DNA of 63,358 bases, filler included, from 5 parts of 5 records of this genome joined end to end with filler, not necessarily neighbours in it; one strand, 5' to 3'; shown: positions 29,746 to 40,396, counted from the whole stretch's first letter. The notes: generated by a model not told the origin, from the sequence alone. Numbers and translations are program-made.

Positions 29746-31200
29746 ATGAGCAACAACAGCTTTCAGGTGGAACATCGCTACCTGGAATTACCGGACAGCT
29801 TCTACAGTCGGGTACAGCCATCCCCCCTGTCTGAACCGCGCATGGTCTGCTTTAACCAGGCCCTGGCCAGCGATATGGGATTTCTGGTGCGGGATGAAAA
29901 TGACTGGGCGGCCATTGGTGCCGGCGCCGAACTCCTGGAGGGGATGGACCCGGTCGCCATGAAGTACACCGGGCATCAGTTCGGCATGTACAACCCGGAA
30001 CTGGGCGATGGCCGCGGCCTCTTACTTTGGGAAACCGTGGGACCGGACGGTACACGCTGGGACTGGCACCTGAAAGGGGCAGGCACCACGCCCTACTCCC
30101 GCTTCGGCGATGGCCGGGCAGTACTCCGGTCAACCATTCGTGAATATCTGTGCAGTGAAGCCATGCATGGCCTGGGAATACCCACCACCCGGGCGCTGTT
30201 CATGATCAGCGCCAAAGACCCGGTGCGCCGGGAGTCCATCGAGACCGCCGCCGCTTTGATGCGGGTAGCGAAAAGCCACATCCGGTTTGGCCACTTCGAG
30301 TTTGCAGCCCACCATGAAGGGCCGGACGCCCTGAAAACATTGCTAGAACATGTAATTGCCCTGCACTTCCCTCACCTGATCAGCTTGCCGGAGGACCAAC
30401 GCTACGCCCGCTGGTTTGAGGAAGTGGTGGAACGCACCGCCAGGTTAATCGCGAAATGGCAGGCCGTTGGTTTCTGCCATGGGGTGATGAACAGCGACAA
30501 TATGTCGATTATCGGTGACACTTTTGACTATGGCCCCTTCGCCTTCCTGGACGATTTCGACGCCGGCTTCGTTTGCAATCACTCCGATCACGAAGGCCGC
30601 TATGCCTACAACCGCCAGCCCCAGGTAGGCTTTATCAACTGTCAGTACCTGGCCAATGCGTTGTTGCCAATCATGGACGAAGATACCGTTCGCCGGGGAC
30701 TGCGACGCTATGAAACCGCCTACAACGAGCATTTCAAACACCAGATGCTCGCCAAACTGGGGCTGGAGGAAGCGGATGGGGCAGATATGGGCCTGATCAT
30801 GGACACCTTCAGCATGCTCCACGAACACCGCGTGGACTACACCCGGTTTTTCCGCGGCCTGTCCAACCTGCACGACCATGGCACCGCGCCGGTTCGTGAT
30901 CTGTTCGCAGACCGCAGCGTGGCTGACGAGTGGCTGGAACGTTACGAAGCCAGACTACAGAAGGAAACCCGTGGCCACGATGAACGGGAATACGCCATGC
31001 GCCGGGTAAACCCGAAGTACATTCTGCGCAACTACCTGGCCCAGCAAGTCATCCTTGAGGCGCAGAACGGCGACTATGAGCCAATGAAGGAACTGCTCAA
31101 GGTGTTGGAAAAGCCTTTTGATGAACAGCCGGAGTATGAGAAATACGCTGCCCTGCCACCGGACTGGGGCAAGCACCTGAACATCAGCTGCTCGTCCTGA
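29746..31200 (+). CDS. selO: Protein adenylyltransferase SelO/YdiU
   Basis: GHQFG, LGDGR, KGAG, DGRAVLRSTIRE, HGVMNSDN, C-terminal SCSS. Confidence 0.94.
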   Translation: MSNNSFQVEHRYLELPDSFYSRVQPSPLSEPRMVCFNQALASDMGFLVRDENDWAAIGAGAELLEGMDPVAMKYTGHQFGMYNPELGDGRGLLLWETVGPDGTRWDWHLKGAGTTPYSRFGDGRAVLRSTIREYLCSEAMHGLGIPTTRALFMISAKDPVRRESIETAAALMRVAKSHIRFGHFEFAAHHEGPDALKTLLEHVIALHFPHLISLPEDQRYARWFEEVVERTARLIAKWQAVGFCHGVMNSDNMSIIGDTFDYGPFAFLDDFDAGFVCNHSDHEGRYAYNRQPQVGFINCQYLANALLPIMDEDTVRRGLRRYETAYNEHFKHQMLAKLGLEEADGADMGLIMDTFSMLHEHRVDYTRFFRGLSNLHDHGTAPVRDLFADRSVADEWLERYEARLQKETRGHDEREYAMRRVNPKYILRNYLAQQVILEAQNGDYEPMKELLKVLEKPFDEQPEYEKYAALPPDWGKHLNISCSS

Positions 31201-31207
31201 ATGGCGG

Positions 31208-32602
31208 CTATTTCACCAGGGCATCTTCCTGGTCCTTGACGGGCGCCAACGCATCCAGCCTGGCGCCATGTCGCATCATAAACAGCACCAGCAGAATCGC
31301 GGGCACGCCCATCAATCCCGCGATCAGGAAGAACTCAGCGTAGCCAAAGTTCGCCACCACAATCCCGGAGAAGCCCCCGAGGAACTTACCCGGAAGCGTC
31401 ATCAGCGAGCTGAACAAGGCATACTGGGTGGCGGTAAACGAGGCACTGGTCATGCTGGAGAGCCACGCAATCAACGCCACATTGGCAATACCGCCACTGA
31501 GGTTATCGGCACTGACCACGAGCGCCAGTGCCGCGATATCCGGTGGCTGCTGGGCTAACAGTACAAACAGAAGATTGGTTGCTGCCGTCATGACGGCACC
31601 CGCCAGTAGTATCCGGCGCACGCCATAGCGCACCACCAGCACCCCACCGACCATGGAGCCAGCAATGGTCATGAAAAACCCGAACACCTTGGTGACATCG
31701 GCCACCTGGGTTTTGCTGAAACCCATAAAATCCAGATAGAACGGATTGGCCATCACCCCCATGGCAATATCCGAAATGCGATACACCGCCACCAGCACCA
31801 GAATGGCCACCGCCAGCTCCCGATACCGACGGAAGAAGTCCAGAAACGGGCCAGCCACCGCGGCATAGAACCAGCCAGTTAACCTGGCCAGGCGTTCCGG
31901 TAGGTGGCTTCGTTTCTCCACCTCTTCCTCAATTCGATGGGCAATGTCCTGCGCAGCCGCAAAATGGTTTACTTCCGGCTCTTTCACGATCAGCACCGTC
32001 AGCGCACCCACACCCACCAGCGCAGCCATCACCTGGTACGACACTTCCCAGGACCAGAACTCCGCCACATACAGTGCACCGGCGCCAGCCACCAGCAACG
32101 CCAGCCGATAACCAAAGATGTATGTGGCCGCTAACGCCGCCTGCAGACGCTCCTGAGCAATCTCAATGCGATAGGCATCAATGGCCACATCCTGCGTGGC
32201 GGAAGAAAAAGCCACCAACAATCCGAACAGCGCCAGTGTCTCCGGAGCCGCCAGGGCGTTCGTCTGGGACATCAGGTACAACCCGGTGGCAATGCCCGCC
32301 TGAGCCAGCAGAATCCAGCTGCGGCGCTTGCCAAACAAGCGATCCAGCACTGGCAGTTTCAGCCGATCCACCACCGGCGCCCAGAACACCTTGATGGAAT
32401 AGGTAATGCCAAGCCAGCTGAAAAAACCGATGGTGGCGGTCTCCACCCCAACGTCTGCCAGGCGGGCATTAAGGGTGGAAAACACCAGCAGAAAGGGCAG
32501 CCCCGCCGAGAACCCGAGAAACAACATGGCAATCACTTGCCAGCGGGTGTAGGTGTAGGCGGTATCCCGAATCAGGGCTACAACATTGGGGGGAAGATAA
32601 AT
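31208..32602 (-). CDS. ampG: AmpG-family muropeptide MFS transporter; start uncertain (ATT 32602 proposed, first canonical GTG at 32536)
   Basis: LGFSAGLPF, WAPVVD, RRSW, SATQDVAIDAYRIE, TATQYAL. Confidence 0.88.
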   Translation of the reverse strand: MYLPPNVVALIRDTAYTYTRWQVIAMLFLGFSAGLPFLLVFSTLNARLADVGVETATIGFFSWLGITYSIKVFWAPVVDRLKLPVLDRLFGKRRSWILLAQAGIATGLYLMSQTNALAAPETLALFGLLVAFSSATQDVAIDAYRIEIAQERLQAALAATYIFGYRLALLVAGAGALYVAEFWSWEVSYQVMAALVGVGALTVLIVKEPEVNHFAAAQDIAHRIEEEVEKRSHLPERLARLTGWFYAAVAGPFLDFFRRYRELAVAILVLVAVYRISDIAMGVMANPFYLDFMGFSKTQVADVTKVFGFFMTIAGSMVGGVLVVRYGVRRILLAGAVMTAATNLLFVLLAQQPPDIAALALVVSADNLSGGIANVALIAWLSSMTSASFTATQYALFSSLMTLPGKFLGGFSGIVVANFGYAEFFLIAGLMGVPAILLVLFMMRHGARLDALAPVKDQEDALVK

Positions 32603-32617
32603 AAGAGCCTCTCCGAA

Positions 32618-33100
32618 TCAGTCGCGAAAGTTGTTGAACTGCAGCGGGATGTCCAGTTCTGCCTCACGCAACATGGCAATGGCTTCCTGCAGGTCGTCCC
32701 GTTTCTTGCCGGTAACCCGTACCTTGTCGCCCTGAATGCTGGCCTGCACTTTCATCTTCTGCTCTTTGATCATCTTCACGATCTTCTTGGCCATGTCCGT
32801 TTCAATACCCTGCTTCAGGGTGAAATGCTGCTTCACCAGCTTCCCCGCTTTGCTTTCACCATCTTCCGACAGAGCACGGGTGTCGATGTTGCGCTTGGCA
32901 AAGGCCATTCGCATCATGTCCACCAATTGCTCCAGCTGGAACTCCTGCTCGGCGCTCAAAGTCATGCGCTTGTCCTCCAGCTCGATATCCGCCTCAACAT
33001 TCTTGAAATCCCAGCGGTTACCCAGTTCACGCTTGGCCTGATCCACCGCGTTGGTAACTTCGTGCATTTCGATTTCTGAAACAATGTCAAAAGAAGGCAT
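32618..33100 (-). CDS. yajQ: YajQ nucleotide-binding protein
   Basis: [32 protein letters not shown]. Confidence 0.96.
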   Translation of the reverse strand: MPSFDIVSEIEMHEVTNAVDQAKRELGNRWDFKNVEADIELEDKRMTLSAEQEFQLEQLVDMMRMAFAKRNIDTRALSEDGESKAGKLVKQHFTLKQGIETDMAKKIVKMIKEQKMKVQASIQGDKVRVTGKKRDDLQEAIAMLREAELDIPLQFNNFRD

Positions 33101-33234
33101 AGTCGTTATTCTCCAAAGGCCACGGAGGGGTATACTGTGGCGACAATTTGATTACGGATGTTCGAAACCGCCAAGAATACCAAGAGCTGTGGCGAACCGC
33201 ATCTGACAATGGACTGGTAAGAAGTAGATAAATA

Positions 33235-34206
33235 ATGCCAAACCTCGATCTTCCCATTCTCGTAGTAGACGACGCCAAATTCAGCAGTATGGTGGTGGGC
33301 CGTACGCTGCGAAATGCCGGATACCGCGACATACGCATCGCCAACAACGCACCGGCTGCCCTGAAACTCATGGAACAACGCCCGGTCAGCGTACTGATTG
33401 CAGACTGGCTGATGCCAGAAATGGACGGGCTGCAGCTGACCGATCAGGTTCGCCAGCAAGACGAGCAGAACAACCACTACACCTATGTGATTCTGCTCAC
33501 CGCCCGCGAGAGCGTGGAAGCCTTGTCGGAAGCGTTCGACCGGGGTGTGGACGACTTCATCTACAAATCAGACATGACCAAACAGCTCATCCCTCGCATC
33601 TTTGCGGCGGACCGCATGGCAGACCGGCAGAACACCCTGCTGCGCGCCAACGCGCTGCTGGTGGAGAACAACCGGGAACTGGAATCCAGCAACATCATTG
33701 ATCTGGAAACCGGGCTGACCAACAACAAATACGCGCGCCAGCGCTTGCAGAAAACCCTGCGCCACGCCGAATCCCGCGGCGGGTCAACCGCCTACGTCAT
33801 GTGCGGCATCCGTAACTGGCAAGAGCTGAAGCGCAAACATCCGCCCAGCGTGATGAGCGAACTGTCGATCGGCATCGCCCGGCGCCTGAGCACATTGATT
33901 CGCCCCATTGATGCCCTGTGTCGGGTGGGTGATAACCAGTTTGCGATTGTCTCCTACTTTCCCAACAGTGATCACTGCACCACCACCGCGTTCCGGCGCA
34001 TTTTTGACGGCATCAACCACAAAGCCCTGAAAACCACCGCCGGCTTCATCTCTGTGGAGGCCGGTATGGCCCTGTGCAAAGCCGATGCCCAGGACGGCAC
34101 GCCAACAGTGCAGGATTTGGAGCGCGCAGCCGTGCAAGGATTGGTAGATGCCTATGAAACCCGTCGTTTCACCGAAACCACCCCGGAGATACGGGAAGGT
34201 GTGTAG
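33235..34206 (+). CDS. Response regulator: REC domain + degenerate GGDEF-like domain
   Basis: VVDD, DWLMPEMDG, LLTA in REC; DLETGLTN, and RVGDNQF where RxGGDEF would be. Confidence 0.85.
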   Translation: MPNLDLPILVVDDAKFSSMVVGRTLRNAGYRDIRIANNAPAALKLMEQRPVSVLIADWLMPEMDGLQLTDQVRQQDEQNNHYTYVILLTARESVEALSEAFDRGVDDFIYKSDMTKQLIPRIFAADRMADRQNTLLRANALLVENNRELESSNIIDLETGLTNNKYARQRLQKTLRHAESRGGSTAYVMCGIRNWQELKRKHPPSVMSELSIGIARRLSTLIRPIDALCRVGDNQFAIVSYFPNSDHCTTTAFRRIFDGINHKALKTTAGFISVEAGMALCKADAQDGTPTVQDLERAAVQGLVDAYETRRFTETTPEIREGV

Positions 34207-34434
34207 CGATCACAAACAGTAACACTGGGACACACTTCACAAACAGACAGGAAAGGCGATCAGGCTTATTCTGACATTGTGGAATCAAGCAGTATCCACC
34301 CATGGCGGAGGAGCCGAGTAGTACCTCCGCCGCCATATGGGTACCGCAGGTGGATTCCTCAGGATCAACGAATTTTTCAGGCACTTTCGTTCTTTCCGAA
34401 TTTCTTAAGCCAGCTTTTATAAGCTGGCTTTTTT
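34207..34434 (+). ncRNA. Candidate structured small RNA or long 3' UTR
   Basis: ~225-nt intergenic region with a long imperfect hairpin (34281-34358), several GGA motifs and a terminator. Confidence 0.35.
34407..34434 (+). terminator. Rho-independent terminator
   Basis: AAGCCAGCTT-TTAT-AAGCTGGCTT followed by a T run. Confidence 0.8.
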
Positions 34435-35446
34435 ATTGCCTGCGAAAATCCCCCGGCGTCTTACCCGTCGCTGCCTTGAACTTTCGATGAAACGACGTGG
34501 TTTCGCTGTAGCCCAGGCGCAAGGCAATATCCGGAATACTCATGTCGGTATTCTGCAAATAGTCCTCCGCCATCTGCTGGCGCACCTCATCCAGCAACTT
34601 CTGATACGACACCCCTTCCTGGCTCAGCTTTCGCTGTAAGGTACGGCTGGTCATCCCCAGATCCTCGGCGACCATATCCTGACGGGTAATGCCCTCGGCG
34701 AGCTGTTTCTGGATGCTTTGCTTTACCTTGCTGGTCAGATCCGTGTCGGTGTCGAGCAACGCCAACTGAGACAATGCATGGGCTTCCAGGGTTTTTCGCA
34801 ATAGCGGGTCTGGCTGACGCAGGCGGGTTGCGAGCAGTGTCTGAGCAAAGGTGACACTGTCCTCCTCTGCATCATACTGTACAGGGCACTGCCAGCGCAA
34901 AGCATAGGCCTTCTCATGCTCCGGGCCGGGGGAAGGCCGCCTCAGGCGAACTTGCAGCGGCGTGGCGTCCGTGCTGTCTGCCAGCCATCGCGCATAGTTG
35001 ATCCAGGAGGCAAAGACATTGTCCACCACCTGTGGCCACACCACAGGATCGGTAAAATTGCAGGTCCAGATCAGTGTCGCGCAATCGCCCTTCATCTTGA
35101 GGCGGGTGGTACCCATATCCCCCACCAGCTTTTCATAGGGCGCAATACGGGTAACCGCTTCCCCCAACGTGGCGCAGCTCATGGTGATGTAACCCAGCAC
35201 ACTGTAGGAACCGGGTTGCACATAGTCGCCGGTCTCCAATCCCAATACCGGGTTACCGGTATGTTCGGCCAGCAGGTGAATGAACGCCTGGAGCTGTTCG
35301 CCGCCGATTCGGCCCTCATCGGAATCCAGGATCTCCGGCTTCAAACCCGCCTTTTCAAACAACGGATCAACCGCGATACCTTTGGCATCGGCGTAGCGAA
35401 CATACTGCCGCAAAGCGGCGACGGAAGCTGTGCCCAACGCATTCAT
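34433..35446 (-). CDS. AraC-family regulator
   Basis: C-terminal MTSRTLQRKL...IALRLGYSETTSFHRKFK...TPGDFR. Confidence 0.92.
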   Translation of the reverse strand: MNALGTASVAALRQYVRYADAKGIAVDPLFEKAGLKPEILDSDEGRIGGEQLQAFIHLLAEHTGNPVLGLETGDYVQPGSYSVLGYITMSCATLGEAVTRIAPYEKLVGDMGTTRLKMKGDCATLIWTCNFTDPVVWPQVVDNVFASWINYARWLADSTDATPLQVRLRRPSPGPEHEKAYALRWQCPVQYDAEEDSVTFAQTLLATRLRQPDPLLRKTLEAHALSQLALLDTDTDLTSKVKQSIQKQLAEGITRQDMVAEDLGMTSRTLQRKLSQEGVSYQKLLDEVRQQMAEDYLQNTDMSIPDIALRLGYSETTSFHRKFKAATGKTPGDFRRQ

Positions 35447-35488
35447 GGTGACGACTTTCGTTGTTGGAATTATTTGAAAAGTATAAAC

Positions 35489-35518
35489 AAAAACGCCCGG
35501 TTATGAACCGGGCGTTTT
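35489..35518 (-). terminator. Rho-independent terminator after argG
   Basis: AAAAACGCCCGGTT-ATG-AACCGGGCGTTTT. Confidence 0.82.
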
Positions 35519-35536
35519 CAGGGCATCAACAAACCA

Positions 35537-36748
35537 TCAAAGCTTGCGACCTTTGCCAGCGGCAATCCGCAGGCGCAGCGCGTTCAGCTTGATAAAGCCT
35601 TCCGCATCTTTCTGATCGTACGCACCCTGGTCTTCTTCAAAGGTGGCGATCTTCTCATCGAACAGAGAATCGTCAGATTTACGGCCGACCACGTCCACAT
35701 TACCCTTGTACAGCTTCAGGCGAACGGTGCCGTTCACGTAGTTCTGGGTCTGGTCGATCAGCGCCTGCAGGGCTTCACGCTCCGGAGACCACCAGTAACC
35801 GTTGTAGATCACCTCGGCATAGCGAGGCATCAGGCTGTCTTTCAGGTGTGCCACCTCACGGTCCAGAGTAATGGACTCGATGGCGCGGTGGGCGCGCAGC
35901 ATGATGGTACCACCCGGGGTTTCGTAACAGCCGCGGGACTTCATGCCCACGTAGCGGTTCTCGACGATGTCCAGGCGGCCAATACCATTTTCACCGGCCA
36001 GCTTGTTCAGGGTTTCCAGCACCACGTGGGGCTTCATTTCCTGACCATCAACGGCAACGATGTCACCCTTCCTGTAGGTGAGCTCCACGTAGGTGGGCTT
36101 GTCCGGGGCGGCTTCCGGAGACACACTCCAACGCCACATGTCTTCCTCGGCTTCCGCCCACGGGTCTTCCAGGTTGATGCCTTCGTAGGAGATGTGCAGC
36201 AGGTTGGCGTCCATGGAGTACGGGCTCTTGCCCTTCTTCATTTCCACCGGGATGTTGCGCTCTTCACAGTACTTGAGCAGCTTCTCGCGGGAGTTCAGAT
36301 CCCACTCGCGCCAGGGAGCGATCACCTTCACGCCCGGCTTCAGGGCATAGGCGCCAAGCTCAAAACGAACCTGGTCGTTACCTTTACCGGTGGCACCGTG
36401 AGAGATGGCATCCGCGCCAGTTTCGTTGGCAATGTCGATCAGGCGCTTGGCAATCAGCGGGCGGGCAATAGAGGTACCCAGCAGGTACTCGCCTTCGTAG
36501 ATGGTATTGGCGCGGAACATCGGGAACACGTAATCGCGCACAAACTCCTCGCGCAGGTCCTCAATATAGATTTCCTTAACGCCCAGCGCTTCGGCTTTCG
36601 CACGCGCCGGCTCCACTTCCTCGCCCTGGCCAATATCGGCGGTAAAGGTAACCACCTCACAGTTATAGGTATCCTGCAACCACCGAACGATGACGGAAGT
36701 ATCCAGGCCACCGGAATAGGCCAGCACCACCTTTTTAATATCAGACAT
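35537..36748 (-). CDS. argG: Argininosuccinate synthase
   Basis: [40 protein letters not shown]. Confidence 0.97.
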   Translation of the reverse strand: MSDIKKVVLAYSGGLDTSVIVRWLQDTYNCEVVTFTADIGQGEEVEPARAKAEALGVKEIYIEDLREEFVRDYVFPMFRANTIYEGEYLLGTSIARPLIAKRLIDIANETGADAISHGATGKGNDQVRFELGAYALKPGVKVIAPWREWDLNSREKLLKYCEERNIPVEMKKGKSPYSMDANLLHISYEGINLEDPWAEAEEDMWRWSVSPEAAPDKPTYVELTYRKGDIVAVDGQEMKPHVVLETLNKLAGENGIGRLDIVENRYVGMKSRGCYETPGGTIMLRAHRAIESITLDREVAHLKDSLMPRYAEVIYNGYWWSPEREALQALIDQTQNYVNGTVRLKLYKGNVDVVGRKSDDSLFDEKIATFEEDQGAYDQKDAEGFIKLNALRLRIAAGKGRKL

Positions 36749-36881
36749 GCCCTTGCTCCAGACTGAACAGAATGGATGTGTTGAAAAGAAGGGCAACATT
36801 GTACGGGATGGCGGGGGGAATGGCTATAAAGCCCCTACCCTGCCAAAGGATAGGGGCGCAATGGACGGCAAAAGTGCTGGT

Positions 36882-37286
36882 TTAGCCAGCGGCCTGGGAG
36901 TGCTGGGTTACCACTTCTTCGCGGATGCCATCCCAACCTTCTTTGATTGAACGCAAGAGCTCAGCGACCTCATCCAGTTTGGCGGGATCGTTTTTCACAT
37001 TCGCCTCGAACAGAGTCCGCTCCATATAGTCGTATAGACCTTCCAGACGCTCTGCAAGATCGCCACCCTTCTCGAAATCAAGGAAGCTGCGCAAGCCGCC
37101 GATGATTTCAATGGCCTTGCTGATGAGCCGGCCTTTACCCTCAATGTCATTGGCCTGCATCCGGGCCTTGGCCATATTGATCCTTTCCAGGGCACCGCTG
37201 TATAGCAGTTGGATCAGCTTGTGAGGGTCAGCGTCAGTGATGCTGGTTTGAGCGTTTACCCGCTGATATGCCTGTAAACCGTTCAT
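36882..37286 (-). CDS. fliS: Flagellar export chaperone FliS
   Basis: ADPHKLIQLL, LDFEKGG, LYDYM, IKEGW; follows fliD. Confidence 0.95.
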   Translation of the reverse strand: MNGLQAYQRVNAQTSITDADPHKLIQLLYSGALERINMAKARMQANDIEGKGRLISKAIEIIGGLRSFLDFEKGGDLAERLEGLYDYMERTLFEANVKNDPAKLDEVAELLRSIKEGWDGIREEVVTQHSQAAG

Positions 37287-37319
37287 AATAAACCTCTTCG
37301 TTACCGGGACTTGCCCCGC

Positions 37320-39225
37320 TTATCGATTACTGTTGTTCTGCGGAGCCAGTGCCGCAAGCTGCTGTGTCAGGTAATCGCCTGTACTGTTGAGCTGGGAAAT
37401 CAGGGAATCCGCCGCCGTGAACTGGCTGACCAGCCGCTCACGGTAGGAGGCAATCCTGTCTTCCAGCCGGATCCGTTCCTCCTGAATCCGCTCAAGATCA
37501 CGGCTCAGGCTATCCGTTTTCGCGTCGAGAATGCCGTCGGCACCCACAATGTCGGTGACAAGATTAACGGCCTGTTCACCAATACCTTCGATGAAATTTA
37601 CCCGCCCGAGATCGCCGTCCTTATAGCCGGCAACCTGAAGCTGCATGCCTTTGGCACCGCCCGCGCCAGTGACGGTCAGCACCCGGCCATCACCGGTTGC
37701 CTCCTGGCCATTGACCGTACCGGCAACGTCTTTGCCTAAGGTTCCGGTTTTGGCGGAAAGCCCGAGCGCCGCACCATTTTCCACGGACAGGATGCTGACA
37801 TTTGAATTACTGCCGAATGCTCCAGAGGTAAACTGGAGTACGCCATTGCTGTCGAGCCCTACCCGCACAGATTGCCCGGCTGCATTCAAGGCCGAGTTGC
37901 TGTCGATCTGGCTCTGGATTTCAGCCACCAGATCGGCCGCACTTGCGTAGGTTTGCTGGCTGAGCTGAATGGTAAAGTTGGTGGAACCGTCAACGGTGAA
38001 CTCGATCTCGTCATTGGTACCGTCAATCACCACACCGTCGGCCAATGCCGAATCACCCAGCACGCCACCCTGAGTGGCAGCCTGGGTGATATTGATCGCG
38101 TAGTTTCCACGGGTTGTGCCGCTGCCAGAGCCAAGGAACTCAACGTCTGCGCTCGAGGTACGGCCCTGCTCGGCGAACAGCGCAGTCACGTCGTCCGGGT
38201 TCTTTTTCAGCTGCTCTTCAAACTTGGCACGATCAAAGCTCAAACCGCCGGTTTCATAGTCTGTGGTAATGCCGACATCAGCCAGGGTCCGAATACTGGC
38301 ATTCTCAAGCCCAGGCACCACGCGGCCCAGAACATTGCGCAACTGCGCCTGGATTGAGCGGATGGTGGTATCACCCGAAAGAATACCGCCTTGCCCCGTC
38401 TCGGCATTAAAGCCGGACAACCCTTTGATGGTTGTCTGGAGGGCATTGAACTTTTCGACAAACGCTCCGACACGATCTGCTACCGCACCGAAATCCTGCT
38501 CGACTTTGATGGTGGAGGTCACACCTTCTGCTTTTGCCTCAAAACTCAGGCCATCAATAACATCCGTGAAGGAGTTGGTCGAACGGGTAATCTCAATACC
38601 GTTGATCTCGACCCTCGCGTCTTTGGCAGCGATGGTCTCCTGCATGTTCTGGGTGGTGTCGTTAAACACAAACTGGGACAGACCGGCAGCGTCGTCATTG
38701 TTACCATCATCATCGGTAACCGAAACGGAAATGGCATTTGCCTCGCCGGTTTCTTCGGAAGACAATACCAGCCTGAAGCCGCTACCCGTGTCGATAACGC
38801 CAGCCGATACGCCAATGCCCGCTTCGTTGATTTCGTCCGCCAGCCCCTGCAAGGTGTTGTTAGAACCATCGATGGTGAGCGTCGCCGATTTATCACCGGA
38901 AGAAATGGTGAACGATCCGGTACCGACCGACGTAGAGTCACGGTCAGCAAACGTAGAAGACGCCAGGGACTGCGACTGCGCAAGACTCAACACATTGACG
39001 TTGTAGGTGCCACGGCTGGCCTTGGTACTGTCTACCGTAACCGACACATCCTCATTTGAAGAGGTTGCCGAAAAGGCTTTCAGATTGTCGGGCGCGCTCA
39101 GCTGACGCATCGGCAGCCGAAGCTCCGTGATAGCGCTCTTCAAGGTGCCATAGGCAGAAATGAGCAACTCTGCCTTCTGGGTTCGGGTGTCGAGCCGATT
39201 CTCTGTAGGCGCACGCTCAGCTTCA
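37320..39225 (-). CDS. fliD: Flagellar filament cap FliD; 5' truncated
   Basis: ISAYGTLKS, LAQSQ, ITRSTN, C-terminal ERLVSQFTAADSLISQLNSTGDYL. Confidence 0.93.
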
Positions 39226-39325
39226 NNNNNNNNNNNNNNNNNNNNNNNNNNNNNNNNNNNNNNNNNNNNTTAATTAATTAANNNNNNNNNNNNNNNNNNN
39301 NNNNNNNNNNNNNNNNNNNNNNNNN
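39226..39325. other. Artificial contig spacer
   Basis: Same linker. Confidence 0.98.
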
Positions 39326-39355
39326 GTGCCGGTTCGATTCCGGCTCCGGGCACCA
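39326..39355 (+). tRNA. 3' end of a tRNA, probably tRNA-Leu (anticodon not visible)
   Basis: GCCGG-TTCGATT-CCGGC T-arm followed by TCCGGGC-A-CCA. Confidence 0.8.
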
Positions 39356-39576
39356 ATACCTCTCAAGCGCTTAGTGTATATTCGCTGATTACGCATGATT
39401 TTCTGGCCTCAACCGTGCCTTGACGCGCGCTTGAATCGTCAACGGAGACCGTTTCTAAAACAACACGTCGTATTCCTAGGTCATCACTCTTCTCGTTGTT
39501 TGCCTCCCGGCCTATTTTTCTGTGGAAATGCCGTTAATATGCCCTTCAATACAAAAATACTGTCGAGGCAGACTAG

Positions 39577-40314
39577 TTGACGAGTAGAGACTGGGGTGGC
39601 GATATTGTTGTGTCCCAAGGGGTGGCAATTTACCGAGGTCGCGTCGGCGATAATCGTTTGCATAGCCACTGGGCATCGCAGTTAACCATAGCGCTGGATT
39701 CTGAGCTCATTTTTGAAACACGCGCGGGTCGGCGCAGTGCAGAGGCGGTGTATTTCCCCTCAAAGACTGAGCATCGCCTTGAGTCGGGCTTTGTCTGTTC
39801 GATCTATCTTGATCCATTGGCAGCGCCGCTTCCCGATAGCGTCGATTTTAAGCTGGTTGATGGCTGGGCGACGTTGCCATTGGATACCTTACCTGAGTGG
39901 TTATCGGGCATTGACCGAAAGACAGATTTACGGGCGCTCGTAGAGTCGGGGAACTTGCTCAGGCCACGTCAGACGATGGATCCGCGATTTGCTTTAGTAG
40001 CCGAGGAAATCAGCCAGCAGCTGGCGTTGGGACGGGATATCAGTCGAGATGCCCTGGCGGCGGTCGCGGGTTTATCTCCTAGTCGTTTTTCGCATTGGTT
40101 TGTTGAGTGTTCTGGTGTGCCACTGCGGAGCTACAAAAAATGGCTCAAGTTGAGGCTGGCGGTGGATGCGGTGTTGGCGGGCCAGCCGCCGATGGAGGCG
40201 GCAATGCAGGCCGGTTTTAGTGACCTGGCTCATATGAGCCGTGCGTTTTCAGCGTCTTTTGGCTTCACCTATTCCGATGCAATGCGCGCGATGGCGCAAT
40301 CAACCTTGGTATAG
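39577..40314 (+). CDS. AraC-family regulator; TTG start uncertain
   Basis: HSH cupin-like N-terminus; LSPSRFSHWF...AGFSDLAHMSRAF. Confidence 0.88.
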   Translation: MTSRDWGGDIVVSQGVAIYRGRVGDNRLHSHWASQLTIALDSELIFETRAGRRSAEAVYFPSKTEHRLESGFVCSIYLDPLAAPLPDSVDFKLVDGWATLPLDTLPEWLSGIDRKTDLRALVESGNLLRPRQTMDPRFALVAEEISQQLALGRDISRDALAAVAGLSPSRFSHWFVECSGVPLRSYKKWLKLRLAVDAVLAGQPPMEAAMQAGFSDLAHMSRAFSASFGFTYSDAMRAMAQSTLV

Positions 40315-40396
40315 CTGTTTCGTTCAATACCTCTGTCAACTCACAGAGTAGACTGGGTCTTTTAGAATAATCAGCGGCTGATAGGGGAGTGCTGGC

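Noticed and set aside
31189..31200. SelO ending in TGA as possible selenocysteine
   Set aside because: The protein ends SCSS with Cys at the redox position; TGA is a normal stop.
34169..34490. Small ORFs of 71 and 62 aa in the sRNA candidate region
   Set aside because: They overlap flanking genes or cross the terminator and show no protein-like motifs.
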